Assembly: GCF_001194135.2 (NCBI RefSeq)
Contig: NC_068984.1
Coordinates: 79,603,795 to 79,667,794, forward strand
Direction: 5' to 3'
Length of the DNA stretch: 64,000 nucleotides
Source of the DNA: Octopus bimaculoides
Lineage: Eukaryota
The position numbers and the translations under genes are program-made. The first letter of the stretch is position 1. Every line of letters begins with the position of its first letter. Shown here in pieces: positions 50,430 to 61,676 of this stretch. The notes under the pieces were generated by a model. The model was not told the DNA's origin and did not search any database. It saw nothing but the letters and a program-made list of their open reading frames with translations.

Positions 50430-51290
50430 GCTGTATCTTTTTTAGTGACCATATATTTGAAATCTATTGCTTCTATTGTCTCTACCTTTCCTTGTTTCTT
50501 TATTCCAATTCTTCAGTCACCTGGTATTTCAATATCAATTATTTTAGTTTTCTCAATGTTTTTTTTATCCACAACAGCAATTCAAGTCTTCATATTCCAT
50601 AGTTTATGACAGCACTGGATGGCAAAAGTCTGAAAGGGTTTTGATGTCTTGTTACAATTACACTAGAATGGTGGTGTTTATACCATTTCTCTCTGTCTTT
50701 TCTAAAATATATTTGTTACATGATTCGAATGACATGATCCATGAAATATTGTCATCCCTTGTTAGTTAATGTATCACATTCACTTATCAAATGTTGCATA
50801 TTATTCACCATTTATCTATGCATTCTACAGAAGTAAGACTCAGGAATTCTGTCAATATGGAATGTGAGGTAGTCTGTTCTCAAAGCCTGTTCATGTGTTA
50901 CAAAGATTTGTGCTTCAGTATCAAACTTCAGGTCAAATTATTTATTTTTTATTCGTGACAATGATTTATCCACATCTACACATTAATTCTCTCCTGTTTC
51001 ATGGAAAAAAATCTTCATTTTTTTGTCTTTTTATGCCTTCTCTCTCTTGCTCATTATTTTTTGTTTAAATACATCTTCTTAACTCTTCTGGTGCTATATG
51101 TTTTTCACGCTTAGCTATTTCAACATTTCTATTTTCTTCCAACAGTAGTTCTACAACCATTTCTTAAATAACATGCTATACCACTTTTCTTTGCTTTCTA
51201 TATATTTCTCTCGCCATTTTTCACAGAGTATGTGGTTCCAACAGATATCCTTTTTAGAGTGTGAAGCTCCATAACATGGTCTTTGCTTTT
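50430..51290 (-). mobile_element. Degenerate R4/Dong-like (RLE-type) non-LTR retrotransposon fragment
   Basis: LKFDTEAQIFVTHEQALRTDY...CRM...HLISEC (CCHC region; cf. LKxETExxIxAAQEQALRTN) then IAVVDKK..KTKIIDIEIPGD*RI (RLE). Confidence 0.8.
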
Positions 51291-51417
51291 ACAAATTTCC
51301 TTTACCTAAAAGATAGAAACAAAATCAAAATTTATCTGACTTCATTCCCTTTTAGCATTCATCTTCTATGTCTTAAAACTTATATGACATTGTGTTAGAG
51401 TCCAAATTTATATTCAA

Positions 51418-51625
51418 CATCATCATCGTCATCATCATCGTTTAACGTCCGCTTTCCATGCTAGCATGGGTTGGATGATTTGACTGAGGACTGGTGAACC
51501 AGATGGCTACACCAGGCTCCAATCTGATTTGGCAGAGTTTCTACAGCTGGATGCCCTTCCTAACGCCAACCACTCAGAGAGTGTAGTGGGTGCTTTTACG
51601 TGCCACCAGCACAAAGGCCAGTCAT
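51418..51625 (-). mobile_element. RTE-clade 3' UTR fragment, young
   Basis: catcatcgtttaacgtccgctttccatgctagcatgggttgg; near-identical to 24361-24560. Confidence 0.9.
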
Positions 51626-51735
51626 TCAGCTTTAATTTAATTTCATATTTTAACCTGCTAAAATATTCTGTTCTTCAAACATTTTATTTTTCATGTTAGC
51701 ACTCTTTATTTGTTTACACCTACCAAAGTGTTTAT

Positions 51736-51880
51736 AACAAAGCATGGGCAACATTTTTTTGAGAAGCAGACCACATAAGAAATATCATCAGGTGGACTGC
51801 ACTACTAAAAAAATTCAAAGTAATTTTTCGTTTGGTATGCCATTTAGAAAGTCCTGTGGGTCGTAGTTTTCCCAGGACTG
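51736..51880. mobile_element. Possible degenerate hAT-type MITE
   Basis: aaagcatgggcaac ... gtagttttcccaggactg loosely inverted termini. Confidence 0.35.
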
Positions 51881-52641
51881 GCTTATAACCTTTTGTAACA
51901 AGTTTATTTTTGCCATTCTCTGTTTCTCTTTGATGCTTATGCATATTTAGTTCTTGTAACAGTTTTTACTATGAGATTATGAAGAGAAGCTGCTAGCTTT
52001 GCTTAAAGCTTCACCATTCCTGGAGAAGCAGACAGCTGTGAGTAGTTCACAAGAGGGGGTTCTGTGCAGCAGAACTAATTCACAGAAAGAGAGTAGAGTG
52101 GGGGATTAGAGAGGGATAGCAAGAGGAGAGAGAGGGCGAAGAAGAGAGAGAGAGGAGGAGGGAGAGAGAGAGATAGTGAAATCAACTCCAGTACTTGTCT
52201 AGTACATTATTGATTGCTGCCAGAATGATAAAAGGCAAAGCTAACCTTGGCAGTATTTGAAAAAGAAATACAACATATTCTACCTGACTCGTTCACAATT
52301 CTGTCAATTTGCCTATATCTTTCTTCTGTATCTATCTATCTATTTTAATAACTGTACATCTTGCAATCCTGCATTAATAATTCTATCTAATCAGCAAATG
52401 ATCCTTTATACCTTTACTCCATTGGCAATATATCCTGGCTATCTACTTATCAATTCTTTTATTGGTTCCACTCATTGGACTTCAGCCATAATGGAACACT
52501 ATCTTCAAACGTTTTTAATCGATTATATCAAACCCAGTAGTTTGCCTTTCATCCTTCCACAGTTTGCTAAAATAATTATCAGGGCTAAGTTCACCTGAGC
52601 AGAAAGGGGTGTAGCTAAATATCAAAAAGTAACTTTCCTAA

Positions 52642-52678
<37 letters not shown>

Positions 52679-53262
52679 NNNNNNNNNNNNNNNNNNNNNN
52701 NNNNNNNNNNNNNNNNNNNNNNNNNNNNNNNNNNNNNNNNNNNNNNNNNNNNNNNNNNNNNNNNNNNNNNNNNNNNNNNNNNNNNNNNNNNNNNNNNNNN
52801 NNNNNNNNNNNNNNNNNNNNNNNNNNNNNNNNNNNNNNNNNNNNNNNNNNNNNNNNNNNNNNNNNNNNNNNNNNNNNNNNNNNNNNNNNNNNNNNNNNNN
52901 NNNNNNNNNNNNNNNNNNNNNNNNNNNNNNNNNNNNNNNNNNNNNNNNNNNNNNNNNNNNNNNNNNNNNNNNNNNNNNNNNNNNNNNNNNNNNNNNNNNN
53001 NNNNNNNNNNNNNNNNNNNNNNNNNNNNNNNNNNNNNNNNNNNNNNNNNNNNNNNNNNNNNNNNNNNNNNNNNNNNNNNNNNNNNNNNNNNNNNNNNNNN
53101 NNNNNNNNNNNNNNNNNNNNNNNNNNNNNNNNNNNNNNNNNNNNNNNNNNNNNNNNNNNNNNNNNNNNNNNNNNNNNNNNNNNNNNNNNNNNNNNNNNNN
53201 NNNNNNNNNNNNNNNNNNNNNNNNNNNNNNNNNNNNNNNNNNNNNNNNNNNNNNNNNNNNNN

Positions 53263-53306
<44 letters not shown>

Positions 53307-53514
53307 TTCTAATTTAATGTTCTGGGTTCAAATCTTGTTGAGGTGAATTTTTGTCTTTCATCACTTCAACATTGACAAAATAAAGTACCAGTTATGTTCT
53401 AGGGTTAGTGGTATCAACTGACCCCATTACCTTAAAGCTGTTGGCTTAGTGCCTAGAACAGAAGTCATATCATTAGCACATTATTATTATTAAACATATT
53501 ATTAGCATATTATT

Positions 53515-53915
53515 AGTGGCTGTGTGGTAAGTAGCTTGCTTACAAACCACATAGTTCCGGGTTCAATCCCACTGCGTGGCACCTTGGGCAAGTGTCTTCT
53601 ACTATAGCCTTGGGCCGACCAAAGCCTTGTGAGTGGATTTGGTAGACGGAAACTGAAAGAAACCCATCGCATGCATGTATATATATATATATATATATGT
53701 ACGTGTGTGTGTGTCTGTGTTTGTCCCCCCAACATCGCTTGGCAACCAATGATGGTGTGTTTACATCCCCGTAACTTAGCGGTTCAGCAAAAGGGACCAA
53801 TAGAATAAGTACTAGGCTTACAAAGAATAAGTCCTGGGGTTGATTTGCCCGGCTAAAGGTGGTGCTCCAGCAAGGCCACAGTCAAATGACTGAAACAAGT
53901 AAAAGAGTAAAAGAG
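53515..53915 (+). mobile_element. SINE family A, full length, young
   Basis: gtggctgtgtggtaagtagc...(aaaagagt)n. Confidence 0.92.
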
Positions 53916-54084
53916 TATATTATTAGTATGACAAAATGCTTAGTGACCTCTCTTGCACTTTTGTACATGATGAGCTCAAATCCTGCTGAGTTTGATTTGC
54001 CTTTCATCCTCTTGGTGGTCGGACTTGTGCCAAAATAAGGAAGGATTACTGCTATTGTTATTGTTATTATTGAAGACATTACAT

Positions 54085-54300
54085 ATTATCCAATATTGTG
54101 TTGCTGTAGATTGAAGATATTGTGCATACAGGGGGTCTGCACTGTCTGTCAAGTCACAACAAGGACCTCAGACAGACAGTACTTTATGCAGTACTAAAAA
54201 CAATCAATTTTTTGCAATATGCCAAGGTTGTAGGATATTTCTAAAGTGTCCAGATGTTTCTTTCAGGCTGGGTGGTACTGAACCCGATGTTCCGATGACT
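54085..54300 (-). mobile_element. R4/Dong-like RLE 3' fragment
   Basis: VVIGTSGSVPPSL...DTLEISYNLGILQK...; flanked by (AAT)-type repeats. Confidence 0.6.
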
Positions 54301-54303
54301 ACA

Positions 54304-54334
<31 letters not shown>

Positions 54335-54574
54335 TAACAACTTCTTTGAATTCTGTTTCCATTTCTTGCTGAGTGTCTTCCTAACACCTAGGACAGAGAA
54401 ACATACCGTATACATTGATAGGCCATTAAAATAAACACACCAGATTGTTCATTCACAGAGTCATATGCAAGAGAAAAAGGGGAAGACATAGAGAAAAAAG
54501 AAAAAAATTAAAAATAGAAAAGTAAACAAATAAAATAAGGGGGGGGGGTAAATTCACAGCAACAATGCTCTTCT

Positions 54575-54691
54575 CAATACATGTGACATACTAGTTAAGA
54601 CAATACATGTGATGTACCAATTAAGACAATTCATGTGACGTACCTGTTAAGACAATATGTGTGACCTACCAGTGAAGACAATACATGTGAC
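54575..54691 (+). repeat. 26-bp minisatellite, 4.5 units
   Basis: caatacatgtgac(g/a)tac(c/t)agttaaga repeated head-to-tail with no spacers. Confidence 0.95.
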
Positions 54692-54708
54692 TATTATTAT
54701 TATTATTA

Positions 54709-54754
<46 letters not shown>

Positions 54755-55235
54755 CATTATCATCATCATCATCATTATTAGTTAAGGCGGCAAATTGGCA
54801 GAATTGCTAGCACACTGGGTGAAACACTTAGCAGTGTTTTGTCTGCCGCTACGTTCTGAGTTCAAATTCTGCTGAGGTCGGCATTGTCTTTCATTCTTTT
54901 GGGGTTGATAAATTAATTACCTGTTGAGTACTGGGGTCGATGAAAGTGACTATCCCCCCTCCCCCAAATTTCAGGCTTTGTGCCTGTAATAGAAAGAATT
55001 ATCATTATTATTAGTTAAGGTGGCAAACTGGCAGAATTGTTAACACACTGGGTAAAATGTTTAGCAGTATTTCATCTGTCGCTATGTTCTGAGTTCAAAT
55101 TCTGCCAAGGTCGACTTTGTCTTTCATCCCTTCAGGATTAATAAATTAAGTACTAGTGAAAAACTGGGTCAATGTAATCGACTAGCCTCCTCCCCAAGCA
55201 TTTCAGGCCTTGTACCTTTAGTAAAAAAAGAATAC

Positions 55236-55303
<68 letters not shown>

Positions 55304-55307
<4 letters not shown>

Positions 55308-55665
55308 TTCTGCTTTAGCGAAGGCGGAGGTATTGTTTTCAGTCATGTTTGTTTATTTGTCCATGGACAAGATATCTCAAGAACCGCTGGATGGATTCAG
55401 ATGAAACTTTCAGGGATGTTTGGCCTCATGACTGGCACGAACTGATTAAATTTTGGGATCGATCTGGTGCTGGACAAGGATTCTGGATTATTTTTCCATT
55501 TTTTAAAATTTAATTTTTGAGAGTGGTTGGGTTCATTTTTAATATTCTCATTTGTGAGAGCTGTTGAGTTTATTTCAGATATTCTCATTTTAAAGATCAT
55601 CTCTGGCTAATCATTGAGAGGACATTGGTGTTGCCTTGGTGGAGGTTTGCCCTCTCAGTGCTCTT
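55304..55665 (+). mobile_element. Non-autonomous Helentron/DINE-1-like element (HINE)
   Basis: 5' hairpin cttctgct-ttagcga-aggcggagg, then tattgttttc, a gtttgttt microsatellite and ggatggatt..atgaaacttt; 3' ccttggtggaggt..ctctcagtgctctt; lies within (ATT)n. Confidence 0.7.
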
Positions 55666-56465
55666 ATTATTATTAGTATTATTAGTGTCTCTATACTTAC
55701 AAAAATGATGATAGTTTCCATTAATTATAGAGAATGGCATATAGTCTTTTCACAATAGTATGTGAAATCATTAACATATTTCTTACCTAATGACTTTGCA
55801 ATTTCTGTTTAATAGCGAAATATATTTCAAGTAAGATATTACATTTTATGCTAAAACATTACCAATAACTCATAACTGTCAACTGCGAAAACATTGGTGA
55901 CAGCAATAAATAAATACTCAGACACAGCATTTTAATAATAACATGTTTTATTGGCCTACTTTATAGTTTAATGATGGTTATAAAAATATAATTAAAAATG
56001 ATGTAACTATATTTACAAAAATATTACAAAATTAGTTACAAAACATTAAAAGGTTTACAGGTAATAATTATCATTTCAAAAGTTCTTTTATCATAATATT
56101 AATAGTAAGAACTCTGATTTTCATGAAGACTTTCTTGTTTTTCATTGTTATTTATCAGTATATTATGTTTAACTTTTTTGTTTCTTGTCTTATTTAAAGC
56201 AACGTAAAACTTTTCACGGCTAAAACATTGGCAGACAGCCTCCTGATTCCAATCTTTTTCATCAGCATGAAGAGCAAACAAAAACACATTCCTAGTTATA
56301 TGTGGATAAACTCTTATGCCTCTCTCTCCCCCCTCCTCCTCCTCCTTCTCCTCTTCTTCTTCTTCAACACTAAGGGAAGTAATTCAAATAGAATAATATG
56401 GTAACGGTGATAGCAGAAGTGTTGATGGTGACATTGGCGTTCATAATGGCATATGGAAGAAAGAT

Positions 56466-56510
<45 letters not shown>

Positions 56511-57470
56511 AATAGTAGGGTTAATCAAGAGATAGACAGAGAGGAAACAAAAGAAAAGGAGAAGGAGTGAAAGTGAGAAAGTAAAACAGAGGATTCACAG
56601 ATAGGAGAGCCTGATTAAGAGAGGTGGTTAAGGTAAACATGCAAGAGAAAGTGGATGAAAGTAATATAAAAATTTGAGCACAAAAAGAGCGGGGGAGATG
56701 GAAGAATATAAAGATGAAGCAAAGTTTGTGACATCACTGATCTTAATTAATCTCACATTTTCCCCCTCCCCTCCCTGCACCTATGTAACTGATGTGTTTT
56801 TAGAATACCCAGCTTAGTGTGGGAAGTTACTATACTTTGTTCACTATAACTATTGGTTCAAATTTACTCATACAAACTTTTCACTGAAAGGAAAATAAGG
56901 ATGGAATATAGCATATTAAAATTTATTGAAGCTTTACCAATGTAGCTGTATGATAGTTGAATATTATAACCAAACTAGCTGGCCCCGTGCCATCCAAAAT
57001 AATGGCTAATTGTAGTATTTTATATATAAATAAGGCATATAATAATCACAGATACAAATATTCACATACTTCCCTTGTACATGCACACACATATACTGAC
57101 ACAGAGTTGAAATGCTGTTTGATTTTTCTTTTCGGCATTGAATGTTCACCATTCCACTTCCAGTTTGATATCACCCCTTCCTTTCTCATTCATATGCTGT
57201 GATGGACAAAAACACAAGAGTATTATTATAGTAGATTATGTCTTTCATTTCATTCTATAGTCAACATTTACTGGTTGACGTACAGGGTAAAATAATAGAT
57301 TACAACTCACAAGGTACAACTGGTGATAAATGTATAACAAGAGCTATCGTTTTCAGAGGTGTTATCACCTAGGGATGCTCATTCAATCCTATCTGGACTT
57401 TTATATCATCAAAAGAAGCTAAATCTTTCAAGCAAAATATAGTTTAAAACGAAACTATATATCTCATGTA

Positions 57471-57690
57471 AAGGTTATTTGACAACCTAATGTGGCAGTC
57501 CCTGTTGGGACGAATGCTACTGTTCTTTAGACCCAGGAGACATCTTCTCCAGCTGGTTATATAACACACAATCTGTATCCAAATGCTACTGTTGTGTCAT
57601 ATAGTCAGCTGGAAATGATGCCTCCTGGGGTTAAACAACAGTAGTATTCATCCCAACAGGGATTGCCACATTAGGTTGGCAAATAACCTT
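57471..57690. mobile_element. Palindromic MITE with ~97-bp arms and TA flanks
   Basis: TA|aaggttatttgacaacctaatgtggc... versus ...gccacattaggttggcaaataacctt|TA; ~26-bp spacer. Confidence 0.9.
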
Positions 57691-58084
57691 TACTTTAAAG
57701 TACTGCTACTGAATATCTCTTGTAAAGAGATTTAGGAACAATAATGTTTCTATTTAAATATCTTATGGTTTTCCATAATATTCCAGTCACCTTACAGTTT
57801 TCAACACAACCATGGTATTTCCAAAAGTACTGCTACATTCAATGCCCCTGTGGCAGGGTAGTGAGATGTCAAAATTATTACCATGTAGGACAAAATGCTT
57901 TGTAGCATTTCTTCTGACTTAACGATCTGAGTTTAAATTTCACCAAAGTCAACTTTGTCTTTCGTCCTTTTGGGATCAATAAAATAAGTTTCAGTTGAAC
58001 ACCAAGGACAATGTAATTGACTAGTATCTCCCCATGACTTTTCAGGTCTTATGCCTATAATAGAAAAGATTATTGAGTTGACTC

Positions 58085-58440
58085 AGGTTTGGTCTTCTTC
58101 CTGGTGGGATTTATGTGGGTAGTGGGTTACTACCTGCAACCTTTAGTATCCACAAGTTTTCAATAGTCTTTCAAGTGCTTAGAACCCCACCGAATAATCT
58201 TTCCTCTCTCTAAGAGGCAAACTTTCTGTAGAAGCTCTGTGGGACATTCTATTTGAATATCCTTCAACCATTTGTTTACATCTTGACTTACAATTCCTAA
58301 GGCACCAATAATTATAGGCACAACCTTTACAGTTTCCATACTCCTAATTCTTGCAATTTCAAGTTTTAAAGTATTGTATTTTTTTTGGTTTTGTTTTTTG
58401 TCCTCTTTCTTTGTGATCCTGGAATCAAATGGACGAAAGG
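58085..58440 (-). mobile_element. R4/Dong-like RLE 3' fragment
   Basis: PFDSRITKKEDKK..KYNTLKLEIARI...VKVVPIIIGALGIV...WLKDIQI...LLQKVCLL. Confidence 0.8.
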
Positions 58441-58907
58441 CTCCTCCTCCTCCTCCTCCTCCCCTCCCCTCTTCCTTCTTATTATAAGGTAGTGGATGTG
58501 TAGAATTGTTTCTGTATCAGAAAAAATGCTTAATGGCATTTCTTCCAGCTCTATGTTCTGAGTTCAAATACAGCTGAAGTCAGATCTGCTGTTCATCGTT
58601 TCAAGTTAGATAAAACTAAGTATCAGTTGATGTAAATGACTTGTCCACTCTTCCTAAAATTGCTGGCCTTGTGCCAAAAGTTGAAACAATTATTACTATC
58701 AATATTATTGTTATTATTATTGTTCAGTAGTTTTATTTTTATAACGAGCTTTCACTTCACTACCGAGCGCAGCTCTGTGCGCCTTGGGTATGTGCTGTGG
58801 TTTGCTGTGGTGCTCTTATGTTTACTGTATTGAAAGTGTTTTGCGTAGAATGTGTGCAGTACCTAGTAGTGCAATTTTCTGTATGTTATATATATTTGTA
58901 AGTCCTG

Positions 58908-58969
<62 letters not shown>

Positions 58970-59433
58970 GAGTGAGAGAGCAGTGCATGCCATCAAAGTG
59001 ACACTGGAGTAAAATATACGAAGCCCAGTATACCCATCATGACTACCTGTCTGATAAGGGTACCAGAGGCACATGCATTTCAACTATATGTGCATGACAT
59101 AGTCATCTCATATCAAGATAAACAGCACATGACCTTACAGGTGGGGGCCCAGTTAGAATTTTCTTCAGGTCAAGCAGCCCATCCTGCTTAAAAGGTCCTT
59201 GAATAAGGGTTGTTTAAGGATGATGAACAAAACACCCATGTTTCCAAAGCTGAATTATCCAAACCTCAAAGAATTCCTCTCAACACATGACTATGATACT
59301 CTCCAACTACTTCTGCTCATGATCAGAGATGCACATATCGTCAGCCACTAAGGGACATGCTCAAGCAACTGACATGTAAACCTGTGGTATTGAGCAGAAT
59401 ACCTGTTGTAGCCCCTGGTACTGCATCAGGGCA

Positions 59434-59436
<3 letters not shown>
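58970..59436 (-). mobile_element. Non-coding retroposon-like insert embedded in an (ATT)n tract
   Basis: GC-richer ~470-bp block with long (ATT)n on both sides; no ORF. Confidence 0.5.
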
Positions 59437-59488
<52 letters not shown>

Positions 59489-59520
59489 ATTATTATTATT
59501 ATTATTAACATTATTATTAT

Positions 59521-59950
59521 ATGGAAAGTGTCAGCTGTCCACAGCCAGTAGACTAAGTGACACTTGATTACTGGTCATGCTTCAAGAACGCTGTGAAGAA
59601 TTCTTGCAGTTCCAAGCAATGTTGATCTTTTTTAGGTGTTCTTACCGTCACACTTGCACCAATCTTTTTTCAGCCATGTTGGTAGTTGAGTGCTGATACT
59701 TCTAAATGCACCAATTACTATTGGTATCATGTCTTCTCTCTTCATTGACCACAACCTTCATATTTCCCACTTCAAATCATCATTGTTGTTTATTTTTTCT
59801 TCTTCTTTCACATTGATCCTGTTGTCACTGGGGCATGCTATGTCGATTATCACACATTTTCTTTCTTTTTTATTCACCACAACAATGTCTGGTTTCCGAT
59901 GTCTGGTTGGGTGATCGAAGTGGATAATTGCACTCCACAGGATTTTGCAA
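59521..59950 (-). mobile_element. R4/Dong-like RLE domain fragment with 3' UTR
   Basis: KILW...HRKPDIVVVNKKERKCVIIDIACPSDNRINVKEEEKIN..DDLKWEI*RLW...IPIVIGAF; PD-(D/E)xK-type RLE motifs; flanked by (AAT)n. Confidence 0.88.
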
Positions 59951-59995
59951 TTTCAATTATCATCATCATCATCATCATCATCATCATTATTATTA

Positions 59996-60053
<58 letters not shown>

Positions 60054-61592
60054 CATCATCATCACTAAGGTGGTGAGGTACCATGATCGTTAGCACACTG
60101 GGTAAAATGCTTTGCAGTATTTCATCAATCCTCGCATTCTGAGTTCAAATCTACCATGGTCAACTTTGCCTTTTATCCTTTTGTGGGGTCAATAAAATAA
60201 GTACCAGTTAAACATGGGTTGATGTAATCAACTCATCCCCTCCACCAAAATTTCTGTCTCATGGTAAAATTAAAACCACCATTATTATTATTACTTAAGG
60301 TGGTTAGCTGGCATAGTAGGCAAAATGCTTAGCAGCATTTTGTCTGTCTTTAATTCTGCGTTCAAATTCTGCCATGGTTGACTTTGTCTTTCATCTTTTT
60401 GAGGTTGATAAAATAAGAAGCAGTTGAAGACTGAGGTTGATGTGATTGAATTACTCCTTCCCCAGAAAAAACTTTCAGTCTTGTGCCAGAATTTGAAACC
60501 ATTATTACTGCTATTATTATTTTTATTGCTTTTTTCCTCAGGATGGTTGTTATAACCTGGCCACTTATTTTTGCTTTGATTGCAGGTTACAACTTGTCAA
60601 CTTCCCATTGCCTTTTTGCCATTCATTTTAGTCAATCAAATCCCAGCGTAACCATTGTAGTATTTTAATTGTTCTCAATAAGTAAACTCATTACAATAGA
60701 ACTCACTCACAATCTATTCTGATATTTTCTATCCATTTTGCAATATTGTCCATCACTGTCTCTAACGCTCTTACAATTAATAGTATGATAGCCTCCTCCT
60801 CCTCCTCCTCCTCCTCCTCCTCCAGGCAACAGCCTGACAGAATTGTTAGCATGCTGCACAAAAAATGCTTTGTAGCATTTCAGCTGTCTTTAGGGTTCTG
60901 AGTTCAAATTCCACTTGGGGTTGACAATGCCTTTACATCCTTTTGGGATCGATAAAATAAGTACCAGTTGAGCACTGAGGTCAATGTAATCGACTAGTCC
61001 CCTCCCACAAAACTTCAGGCCTTGTGCCTATAGTAGAACAGATTATTATTATTATTGAGCTGGCAGAATCGTTAGCTTACCAGCATTTCGTCCGTCTTTG
61101 CGTTCTGTGTTCAAATTCCACCGAGGTCGACTTTGCCTTTCATCCTTTCGGGGTGGATAAATTAAGTACCAGTTTGCCTACTGGGGTCGATCTAATCGAC
61201 TGGGCTCCTCCCCCGAAATTTCGGGCCTTGTGCCTAGAGTAGAAAAGATTATTATTATTATTATTATTATTAATATTATTATTATTATTATTATTAATAA
61301 TAATATTAATAATAATAATAATGATAATGATAATAATTTGTACAATCAAATAACAATAGATATTTCAGATAACTCAGTACAAGATGTACAAAATCTTTTC
61401 AGACCTGTTCTTTTCTTGAATATTTCTTTCTTCTCATCTTTTTGGTGCAATATACTTGAGGTTTTTTTTTATACAATAAATAGCAAATAGTATGCAAGCA
61501 TATATATCTATGTATGCGCTTGCTTCTGAGCATGTGTGTATGTGTGTTTCAGGAAAAGAAAGTGAGGAGAAAGCGATTGGATGGGAGGGAGA

Positions 61593-61676
<84 letters not shown>

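Noticed and set aside
54575-54691. CRISPR-like appearance of the 26-bp repeat (and of the 45.7-46.9 kb array)
   Set aside because: Units are contiguous with no unique spacers, there are no cas genes, and the context is eukaryotic.
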